From: a virus
Lineage: Duplodnaviria > Caudoviricetes
Strand: one strand, 5' to 3'
DNA length: 43,525 nucleotides
IMG/VR virus record: IMGVR_UViG_3300010218_000017
Coordinates: 1 to 43,525 of that record
Both the position numbers and the translations under genes were made by a program. The notes under the pieces are model-generated. The model worked only from the letters and a program-made list of their open reading frames with translations. It ran no database searches and was not told the DNA's origin. Shown here in pieces: positions 1-7,167 of this stretch (position 1 is its first letter; each line of letters opens with the position of its first letter).

Positions 1-206
1 CTCCTGAGGTTCGCGCCACTGAGGTCCGCGCTCCTGAGGTCCGCGCTCCTGAGGTCCGCGCCACCGAGGTTCGCGCCGTTGGCTATCGCCTTCTTGACCG
101 CCAAGCCTAGCTTGACGCTGTAACCTTCGGTCGCCGCACAGTCCAACGCTGCGGTGAAGATGATCTCGCCACTGGAGCGTGACAGGATGTCGAACATGAT
201 GGTCAT
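1..206 (-). CDS. Pentapeptide-repeat protein, N-terminal part (runs off the window start and continues at 43525)
   Basis: ATG at 206 reads [68 protein letters not shown]... with A(D/N)LXX repeats; AAGGAG upstream; motif copy at 241-256. Confidence 0.85.
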   Translation of the reverse strand, partial: MTIMFDILSRSSGEIIFTAALDCAATEGYSVKLGLAVKKAIANGANLGGADLRSADLRSADLSGANLR

Positions 207-240
207 GATATCTGATGGCCCTCCTTAATGGCCGCCTTGA

Positions 241-256
241 TGTGGAATGTTAGAGG
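241..256 (-). promoter_or_regulatory. Conserved motif CCTCTAACATTCCACA (phage RNAP promoter or operator)
   Basis: Same 16-mer at 13031-13046 and 34905-34920; lies upstream of the pentapeptide gene. Confidence 0.75.
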
Positions 257-273
257 GTCGTGACGTGACGTGA

Positions 274-768
274 CTACGCCTCGATTAACTCTTGGTAGAT
301 GTCCTGGATCACAGCGTCCTGCGCTATGCCCTGGCCCGTGGTTGTCCTCGCCCAGACCGTGAGGCCGGCGAAATCCTTATCGACCTTCTCGCCGTGCTCT
401 GCGAGTTTGTCCGCGAGCCAATCGGAGACGATCCAGTGCTCGTAGACTTCACGTTCGTAGGGCTCGATGTGATCAAACTCACACGCCTCCTTCAGTGTAC
501 AGATCGGGTCTCCATCATCATTGTCGATGTCATTCTCGCTTGGCTCCCTGGTCCACATTCCAGGCTCGCCTGGGCCGCATTCGTGCCACCCCGCTTCCCT
601 CGCGGCACTCTCCCAGTCCTCGATAGGTGCCGCGAGTTCCCGCGCCTGCTCCACCAGGTCATTGAGGTCACCCTTGCCGAAGGGCGTACCGTTGGCCAGC
701 GTAGACACCAAGCTTGACACGCAGTAGCAGACTTCGCGTTGGACCATTTGTTCGATGGTGATGGTCAT
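274..768 (-). CDS. Acidic early hypothetical protein
   Basis: 164 aa ORF with GAGG RBS, on the coding strand, tightly packed with its neighbours. Confidence 0.8.
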   Translation of the reverse strand: MTITIEQMVQREVCYCVSSLVSTLANGTPFGKGDLNDLVEQARELAAPIEDWESAAREAGWHECGPGEPGMWTREPSENDIDNDDGDPICTLKEACEFDHIEPYEREVYEHWIVSDWLADKLAEHGEKVDKDFAGLTVWARTTTGQGIAQDAVIQDIYQELIEA

Positions 769-771
769 TGG

Positions 772-1023
772 TCAGTCCTCCCCTTGGCCTTGAGCCGTCC
801 CTAGTGCTGCCCGCATGAACCGCTCAGCGTTGAAGTTGCTATTGGTGTGCTTGAGGTGCCGCGCGAAGTGGAACGCGATGTCTACCCTGTGGTCGCTGTC
901 GCCTGTAAGCTCCTCAATGGGAAGCTCGCGGATGATCTGCGCAATGTAGGCGAAGTGCCTGTGCTGCATGTCTGGCGTGGTGGGCGCTTTGTCTTTGCGC
1001 AATGCTGCCTCTGTGGTGAGCAT
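772..1023 (-). CDS. Early hypothetical protein
   Basis: 83 aa, GAGG RBS, preceded by motif copy 1047-1063; C-terminal NSNFNAERF pattern typical of small phage early proteins. Confidence 0.75.
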   Translation of the reverse strand: MLTTEAALRKDKAPTTPDMQHRHFAYIAQIIRELPIEELTGDSDHRVDIAFHFARHLKHTNSNFNAERFMRAALGTAQGQGED

Positions 1024-1046
1024 GATGGTCTAGCCTCGTGATCTTA

Positions 1047-1063
1047 GTGTGGAATGTTGGAGG
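1047..1063 (-). promoter_or_regulatory. Conserved motif copy (CCTCCAACATTCCACAC)
   Basis: Intergenic; exact ACATTCCACAC core. Confidence 0.7.
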
Positions 1064-1075
1064 GTGGAGGCGGAG

Positions 1076-1669
1076 CTATATCCCTGCGCCGCAGTTGTTC
1101 TCCGCGTATGTAAGTGCTACCTGTCTCTCCCCGGCCTGTCGCACGTAATACTCTGCGCTTGCCTTGGCCTCGTCCTGGACGAGATCGAACCCTATGAAGC
1201 CGCTGCACGAGTCCAGAACGTTGCCGTCCTCATCTTCGATGACGTACTCGTAGGTATCGCCGTTCATCCACATACCGTATTCCTCAGCGATATCCTTGCA
1301 GTACTGGAGGCGTGTTGAGTTTCGCTCACCCTTGCCCTTGCCGAACTCGCTCTTCTTGATAGCCACTATGCCTACCTGGCCGCTGTCCCACGGATCGCCG
1401 AATGGGTTGGCCTCCCCGGCTCGCAGCACCACGCCACTGTGCTCGTACATGAAGAGGTTCGTGACGTACCATTCCTTTCGGTTGGCCTTGATCCACCCCA
1501 ATACTTCATCAGGCGTGCCCCCGACGTCGCTTGCAGGGTTGCCATAGCGGCGATGCAGGATCACCACCTTGACCGCCTCATCATCTATGACTGGAGACTC
1601 GCAGTCCTCGTCATGGTAGAACTTGCAGGTAATGCCGTTGGCATAGCTGATAGTCTCAATAGCTGACAT
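1076..1669 (-). CDS. Early hypothetical protein (YEHSG...WDSGQVG...DSCSGF motif family)
   Basis: 197 aa, GGAG RBS; the motif pattern recurs in phage and mobile-element proteins, function not established. Confidence 0.75.
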   Translation of the reverse strand: MSAIETISYANGITCKFYHDEDCESPVIDDEAVKVVILHRRYGNPASDVGGTPDEVLGWIKANRKEWYVTNLFMYEHSGVVLRAGEANPFGDPWDSGQVGIVAIKKSEFGKGKGERNSTRLQYCKDIAEEYGMWMNGDTYEYVIEDEDGNVLDSCSGFIGFDLVQDEAKASAEYYVRQAGERQVALTYAENNCGAGI

Positions 1670-1754
1670 TGCCGTGTCTCCATCTGGTCTTGCGTTTGGT
1701 TTACCTATGGACAGGCAGCCGGTTGAGACCGCGTGTCCATGCCGTAAGCCAAGC

Positions 1755-1967
1755 TCATTCGCCTAGTGTTCTGACTGACAGTCCCTCCTGCCCTGCCTTG
1801 CGCAGTACCGTGTCAAACTCTACACTCTCGAACCTATTGGGCAGACCTCGAAGCCGCGCAATGCACCAGTCCTCACGCCTATCCGTCGTGTAGTCTTCGC
1901 GGTGCTGTCTAAAGCGATACGTGATGGTGTCCGCCCTCGCGGCTGCGTCGTTCTCATGTTGGAACAT
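1755..1967 (-). CDS. Early hypothetical protein
   Basis: 70 aa, AAGGAGG RBS, degenerate motif copy at 1991-2005. Confidence 0.7.
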   Translation of the reverse strand: MFQHENDAAARADTITYRFRQHREDYTTDRREDWCIARLRGLPNRFESVEFDTVLRKAGQEGLSVRTLGE

Positions 1968-2000
1968 GGGTCTGCCTCCTTGTCCTGACCGTGTGTAATC

Positions 2001-2252
2001 TTAGACTGTCGCGCCAAGCACCAACTCATTGGCGACCGCGACCACGCATTGAGTGTCCGTGTCCTCGACGTCTTCCCACGTAAAGCTCCACCCGCTGACC
2101 CGCAGCCACTCGCACTCATCCGCGTCGTATGCCTTGAACTCGCCATCGAGATCGACATCAGGCTTGACAAAGAGGTGGAGCGTGTAGTCCATCCCACTGT
2201 CGCCAAGGATTTCGCGTGTGTAGCCTGCAAGGATTGCCGTGTTGTCGGACAT
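2001..2252 (-). CDS. Acidic early hypothetical protein (start revised to MSDNTAIL)
   Basis: GGAG RBS before ATG at 2252; motif copy 2275-2297 lies just upstream. Confidence 0.7.
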   Translation of the reverse strand: MSDNTAILAGYTREILGDSGMDYTLHLFVKPDVDLDGEFKAYDADECEWLRVSGWSFTWEDVEDTDTQCVVAVANELVLGATV

Positions 2253-2274
2253 GATGTGTCTCCGCGTGGTGATG

Positions 2275-2297
2275 GTGTGGAATGTGATAGGGTTAGG
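2275..2297 (-). promoter_or_regulatory. Conserved motif copy; 23-bp exact direct repeat with 2603-2625
   Basis: GTGTGGAATGTGATAGGGTTAGG (+ strand) at both positions. Confidence 0.75.
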
Positions 2298-2580
2298 GCA
2301 GTAGGTGCTTAAAGGCGTCCATTGGGCAGAACACAAGCACACCATCCTCGCCTGTCACATAGCCTCTCACAGTCTTGCCTTTGACCTGGCAGGCTGCGGG
2401 CTGGCTGAAGTAGGTATCGGGTTCGCCCGTAGTGTAGACCGTGCGGCGCAACTCACTGCCTTCAATCCTACAGTTCTCTATCTTGGAGAGTGACGGTCCG
2501 CCTATCCACCTAGTGGACCACTGAATCGAACCATCCGATTGTGGCTCGGATATATCTGCGCGGTACTTTTGGAGGCCCAT
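2293..2580 (-). CDS. First early hypothetical protein
   Basis: 95 aa, GAGG RBS, flanked by the two 23-bp repeats. Confidence 0.75.
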   Translation of the reverse strand: MGLQKYRADISEPQSDGSIQWSTRWIGGPSLSKIENCRIEGSELRRTVYTTGEPDTYFSQPAACQVKGKTVRGYVTGEDGVLVFCPMDAFKHLLP

Positions 2581-2602
2581 GATGTCTTTCCTCTTGGTAT
2601 CA

Positions 2603-2625
2603 GTGTGGAATGTGATAGGGTTAGG
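2603..2625 (-). promoter_or_regulatory. Conserved motif copy; 23-bp exact direct repeat with 2275-2297
   Basis: Directly visible. Confidence 0.75.
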
Positions 2626-2804
2626 CCAAAGCCTTTTATCGACATGCTCAGGTCGTCACAGCCACGAGTTAGTGCTCAATGTGAGGGATACCTAGTTCGC
2701 AAGCTGTCCATCGAAGGCGCTCTTGCACGTCCCGTCCCTACTGCTAGCGAAACAATCACTTTGTGTCTGAGTTTCTGTGTTCGTTTCGATGATTTGAAGC
2801 TCTC

Positions 2805-2815
2805 ACATTCCACAC
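2805..2815 (+). promoter_or_regulatory. Inverted copy of the ACATTCCACAC motif
   Basis: Exact 11-mer on the + strand, immediately downstream of a - strand TTGCCA (-35-like, 2820-2825). Confidence 0.6.
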
Positions 2816-2829
2816 AGTTTGGCAAGTAG

Positions 2830-3781
2830 GAATTTTCATCTAGCTCAAACTATTTTATAACTAGATGTATTTATTAGGATATTTCTGCATGTCTGACCGC
2901 CAGTCTGGCGCAATGGTGGCACGAAAAACGCATTGATAGCCCACACTATCATCCTCATTGCTACCTCATGTCCGCACCCCACGCTCACCCCACGCCAGGC
3001 ATGAGGCACGCCCAAACACGCGCCTATCCGCACGTACGCACGTGAGGCAGGGAGCGTAGAGCGAGACGCCAGGTCAGCGTTAGGGTGGACATGAGGTTGT
3101 AGCGCTGCGCTGCGAGACACCATTCATCAGTGCGCAAAGTGACTGCCTAGGGCTATTGATACGATATGTCGTGAACACATAGCTCTAACCGCAAGCCCCA
3201 CCAAATGTGCATACCAAAAGCCACCGATAGCGCCCCGCGACACGCTACCAGACTATACATCTAGTACAATCATGAGGTAAATCAATGCCTTAACCAGCAT
3301 GGTGACACACTTCACGCCCCTCCACCACGTCAAACCGTTTGGAAAACCCGCCGCCACCCCAAGGGGGGAATTGCCCCTGCGTTGCCACGTCGATCTATGT
3401 CTCGCGTGAGCTACCCCTTGAGGCGTTTCGGCAAGCGGATCACAACGTGCATGATCAGAGAGGCTAGCAACGAGCGGATGTACGTCAGGTTGAGCACTAA
3501 AGGTTGTCCTTATGATGGGAGGATCACCTCACCATCCCCTCTGACACTGCAAGGAGGAGCTTCAGGGAGACGGTGAGGAGCGTGGGGTTAGACCTTGGGG
3601 AGGTACTTTAGGCAGACACTTTAAGCACTAATGCGAGGAACAAACTTTAAGTATCAATGAGGATGGTGATGATGTCTATCTCACCATGAGTAGGCTACCT
3701 ATAGGTATACCTAAAGGCTCCCCTGGTCTAAAGGACGCCCATTGTTTGGACATAATTCATTCACAATGTTGCCACACGGCC
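2830..3781. other. Largest non-coding region; probable genome termini / direct terminal repeat region
   Basis: Lies between TerL and the first early gene, as in T7-like concatemer junctions; C(C/T)TAAAG-like short repeats at 3606-3612, 3619-3625, 3645-3651 and 3710-3716 resemble T7 CCTAAAG end repeats. Confidence 0.6.
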
Positions 3782-5644
3782 CTACGCCCGATCCCGACCA
3801 CTGCGAAGCTTCCCACGGAGCCATCTACCGGCCGCCTTTACCCCGCCCTGTATCCAGTCGTGTTCATCCTCCAGTTTCTTCAGGTACTCCTCCATGCGGC
3901 GCTCCTCGGCGTCCTGGGCGGCCTTGGCAGGGTGTAGGCCCAGCAAGTCCAACATCATGCCCATGAGCCCCGCAAGGCCCTCCACGCGGTCGTCATGCGT
4001 CAGGCAACCCTTCTCGCGGGTGAGGCGGGTGATCTGGTACATGAGGCTGTAGCGGTCCCTGAGGTCCGTCCCATCGCGCTTCTTGACCTGAAGCAGGTCC
4101 TCTTCGAACACCTCCTGGCTAACCACCAGCCTGTGGGCCTGGAAGATGGGCTCCAAGACCTCCAGGATGCGAAGCTCCTTCTGGACCTTGGCGCTTCTCT
4201 CGGACTCGATCTCCGTGGCCCCCTGCTCGCTCCTGGCGCGGTCCTTGTTGAACTTGTCCCACTCGGCCTTGACTACCGGCTCCAGCAGCTTGGCGAACAT
4301 GCCCTGCCCGAAGTCTTCCTCAATGCGGCACTTCTGGACCCTGAACCTGACGAGGAGCTGGGCGATGGCCTTGAGGGTCTCCTCACCATAGCCGTCCTGC
4401 CAGCCGCCTTGCTTCAGGAGGAACGGCGTGGAGTGCAGCACACCGCCGATCGTCAGGCTGGTTTCGTCCGCACCCTTGCCAGAAGGATCGATGAACGCGA
4501 AGATCGCCTGGTACTTGGAGTAGCTCTCAGAGACGCTCCCAGGCTCGTACAGCTTGTCACCGTCGAGCGCGATCGGCGAGATGGACCGCAGTGCCCGATT
4601 GTCGGCGTTGCTCCAGGAGACCAAATCTGGGGCCGTGCGGGGGTCCAGCGGCAGCACCATCAGGTCTCTCAGGCGGAGCGGGTACTTATCGACGTCCGCG
4701 AGGCTCGTGTCCAGCATGTATTGGAGCGCAAAGCTCGCCCTGCCGTGGGACAGTTCGCGGCCCGCCAAGTCCTCGTCAGAGAAGCGGGTAGGCTCCGTCG
4801 AGTTCCCCATGAGGCTAGGCTGCTTCTGGAGCTTCCACCGCACCCACGGGGCCAGCCTGTCGCCGTACGAGCGCATCTGCTTGCCAGTCGGGAACCTCGC
4901 CGGCCAGATGCAAATCGTGAAGCCTCGCCCAGGCAGTCGGTTATAGATCGAACCTTCGGTCTGGGGCGTCCCGAGGAAGATGATCTGCCCGCCAGGCTTG
5001 ATGATGGAGTCGAACTCCTTGACCGCCTCGGCCAGCTTCTCCCGCATGTCTGGCGTCATGGAGTTCGTGTTGGTCTCCACGTCGTCGCCCACGATGATGT
5101 CCGCTCGGTAGCCGACGATCTGAGACGTGATGCCGGCCGCCCAGATGGAAGGCGTCTGGTCAGGCAGCGCAGGGCCCACATCGAAGGCCGTCGAGGATTG
5201 CCTTTGGTTGCCCCCAGGACGTAGCTCCACGAGCAGGTCCCAGGTGTCGATCAGAGTGAGGCAGAACGTCACGAAGTTAACTGAGCGTTTCCCTGAGCCC
5301 GACACGACGCCGATCTTGAGCTGGGGGTTCCTCTTGGTGTTCCACAGGACGTAGGCGGCCGTGATCCACGACTTGGCGGCCCCTCGGAAGGCCTCGATAA
5401 CCTGGCGGTCGATCTCCCCGTTCCACCCGTGGTGTTGCAGGTAGTAGGCGATGTCGAGCTGAAGTTCCGTGGGGTCCTCAAGGCCGAGCTGCCTCCACAT
5501 AAGCGTAAGGAAGACCCTGAAGTCATCCAAGACGGGGTCGTCAAAGCGGGCGTCCTTCCAGTGGGTGGCCTTGTAGCCGGGGACTATGGTGGCTGGAGCT
5601 GGGAGTTGGGACTTCAGGGGATCGATGACGGAGGGCTGGGACAT
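3782..5644 (-). CDS. terL: Terminase large subunit (T7 gp19-like)
   Basis: AFRGAAKSWIT Walker A region, GYRADIIVGDDVE Walker B, LGTPQ, nuclease DPSGKGADET and HDDRVE; start revised to MSQP behind a GAGG RBS. Confidence 0.97.
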   Translation of the reverse strand: MSQPSVIDPLKSQLPAPATIVPGYKATHWKDARFDDPVLDDFRVFLTLMWRQLGLEDPTELQLDIAYYLQHHGWNGEIDRQVIEAFRGAAKSWITAAYVLWNTKRNPQLKIGVVSGSGKRSVNFVTFCLTLIDTWDLLVELRPGGNQRQSSTAFDVGPALPDQTPSIWAAGITSQIVGYRADIIVGDDVETNTNSMTPDMREKLAEAVKEFDSIIKPGGQIIFLGTPQTEGSIYNRLPGRGFTICIWPARFPTGKQMRSYGDRLAPWVRWKLQKQPSLMGNSTEPTRFSDEDLAGRELSHGRASFALQYMLDTSLADVDKYPLRLRDLMVLPLDPRTAPDLVSWSNADNRALRSISPIALDGDKLYEPGSVSESYSKYQAIFAFIDPSGKGADETSLTIGGVLHSTPFLLKQGGWQDGYGEETLKAIAQLLVRFRVQKCRIEEDFGQGMFAKLLEPVVKAEWDKFNKDRARSEQGATEIESERSAKVQKELRILEVLEPIFQAHRLVVSQEVFEEDLLQVKKRDGTDLRDRYSLMYQITRLTREKGCLTHDDRVEGLAGLMGMMLDLLGLHPAKAAQDAEERRMEEYLKKLEDEHDWIQGGVKAAGRWLRGKLRSGRDRA

Positions 5645-5664
5645 CCTCATCCTCTCTTGGAAAC

Positions 5665-5695
5665 AAAAAAGGAGCCAGCCCAAAGGCCAGCTCCT
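5665..5695 (-). terminator. Intrinsic terminator directly upstream of terL
   Basis: - strand GGAGCTGGCC-TTTG-GGCTGGCTCC hairpin followed by a T6 tract. Confidence 0.75.
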
Positions 5696-5729
5696 CACGT
5701 TCATTCTCTAAGTTTTGGTCGGCAGTAGT

Positions 5730-6107
5730 TTAGGCGCGGTTGCCCGTCTTGACTTCAACGAAGCCGCTGATAGCACCGGCCGTGTTAAAGGCGGCTGCGG
5801 GGACAACCTGGATGCGATCACCCTTGGTGACATCCTGCGTGGCGCTGCCCGAAGTCGGCTGCGTGTCCGAGTAGCGGGTCCCCTTAACTGCGCCGTCCGC
5901 GACGGTTACCGTGAGGCCGGCCACGTCGGTCGTACCCACCTTGACGGTCACAGCGCCACCCGTGGTGACATCCTTCTGGACAGTGACGTAGAGGCCCGTA
6001 ACGTAGCCCGTCTCGGGTGCAACGAGTTCGGCCGAGGTGCCTGCGAGGGTGTCCGTCTCGTTGATGAAGAACGGCACACGGAGAGTCTGACCCTGAATGA
6101 GGGACAT
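5730..6107 (-). CDS. Probable minor virion/decoration protein (T/V/G/A-rich)
   Basis: 125 aa, AAGGA RBS, late-region position, composition suggests beta-rich fold. Confidence 0.55.
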   Translation of the reverse strand: MSLIQGQTLRVPFFINETDTLAGTSAELVAPETGYVTGLYVTVQKDVTTGGAVTVKVGTTDVAGLTVTVADGAVKGTRYSDTQPTSGSATQDVTKGDRIQVVPAAAFNTAGAISGFVEVKTGNRA

Positions 6108-6169
6108 GCGGTATTCCTTTCGATATGGTTGAAGAAGTGGCCTGTGGTCTACTCAGCACTAGCGAGGAG

Positions 6170-6391
6170 CTAGCCGTCCAGGGCCGTGAAGATCGCCTCA
6201 AGGTCCGTCCTCGCGGCAATCAGGTCGTCAATGGTCGCATAAGAGACCACGTTTCGCTCTTCATCGAGAAGCGCCTCGAAGAGCTGCTCTGCGGCGTACT
6301 TGGCTTCGGCCGCAAGGGCTTCCGCTTCCGTCTCCCAGATCGTTGCATCGGGTGTATCGTCCTGCCAGGCAGAACCGATGTTAGTTGGCAT
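6170..6391 (-). CDS. Hypothetical acidic protein
   Basis: 73 aa, AGGAG RBS. Confidence 0.65.
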   Translation of the reverse strand: MPTNIGSAWQDDTPDATIWETEAEALAAEAKYAAEQLFEALLDEERNVVSYATIDDLIAARTDLEAIFTALDG

Positions 6392-6698
6392 AGAGGTTGA
6401 CTCCTAGTTTGGCTCCGAGCCAGATCGTCAGGGAGGTGAGGAGGATGGAGCCGACTAGCTGGAAGGCCCAGGTGCGCCACTGGCTGCGGGTGTCCTTCCC
6501 CTCATCCCGCCACTGGGTCAGCTCGGTTGAGGATGCCTCCAGAGCAGCTATACGCGGCCCGTAGGAGCCCAAGGACTCGATGGACCGCTCCATGATGCCC
6601 AGACGCCTGTTGATCTCGGATTGCTTCTCCTGGAGCACCTTGAGGCCAGCATAAAGCTCCAGCTCCAGCTCCCTGGGGGTGTCAGGCGTCTGGTCCAT
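6381..6698 (-). CDS. Coiled-coil protein with C-terminal transmembrane helix (holin/XhlA-like lysis candidate)
   Basis: Heptad-like N-terminus then WAFQLVGSILLTSLTIWLGAKLGV; located between terS and terL. Confidence 0.6.
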   Translation of the reverse strand: MDQTPDTPRELELELYAGLKVLQEKQSEINRRLGIMERSIESLGSYGPRIAALEASSTELTQWRDEGKDTRSQWRTWAFQLVGSILLTSLTIWLGAKLGVNLYAN

Positions 6699-6879
6699 CT
6701 TCACCCTCCTCGCTCTGGCTCTCCTCGATTAGCTCATCCAGGACCTTCTGGCAGTTCTCCAGGCGTCTGATCGTGATGGCCTGCCGTCGCGAGACGCCCT
6801 CGATGAACTTAGCTATCGTATTCAGGCTTGGGGAAGCTGGGGAGCGGTCTGGGCTCCTGGGACTTCTTTTGGCCGCCAT
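6682..6879 (-). CDS. Possible small hypothetical protein filling the gap after terS (start uncertain)
   Basis: Open frame fills 6700-6810 but its ATG overlaps terS. Confidence 0.3.
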   Translation of the reverse strand: MAAKRSPRSPDRSPASPSLNTIAKFIEGVSRRQAITIRRLENCQKVLDELIEESQSEEGEDGPDA

Positions 6880-7156
6880 CGCCGGCTCCTTCTGTTGGGT
6901 CCCCCATGACCATGCCGTTGTCCTTGAGGAGCTGCCTGAGGTTGTTGAGGTCGGCGGGGGTCGCCATGCCAGACACCATGAGGCCGTAGAGGCGCTTGAG
7001 GAGGGCCTTGCGGCTCTCCTTGAGCATGTCCTCGAAGTTCATGCCTTCAAGGGCGTCCTCTTCATCCAGGCCCGAGTTGTGGCCCATGCGGGGGGACTCT
7101 TCGTCGGACAGGTTGCCAGACTTGTAGAAGTCGGCGGGATCGTCTTCGTCTACCAT
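6809..7156 (-). CDS. terS: Terminase small subunit (T7 gp18-like)
   Basis: ATPADLNNLRQLLKDNG motif typical of autographivirus TerS; GGAGG RBS before ATG 7156; position after the tail fibre. Confidence 0.8.
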   Translation of the reverse strand: MVDEDDPADFYKSGNLSDEESPRMGHNSGLDEEDALEGMNFEDMLKESRKALLKRLYGLMVSGMATPADLNNLRQLLKDNGMVMGDPTEGAGDGGQKKSQEPRPLPSFPKPEYDS

Positions 7157-7167
7157 GGGGGGCCTCC

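Noticed and set aside
241-2625. Repeated motif in the early region as a CRISPR-like or attC/integron array
   Set aside because: Spacing is irregular and gene-sized, copies are non-palindromic and also occur before late genes; better explained as promoter/operator sites
5645-5704. Track start of TerL (MNVRSWPLGWLLFCF...)
   Set aside because: This extension runs through the terminator hairpin; the RBS supports the ATG at 5644 or 5650
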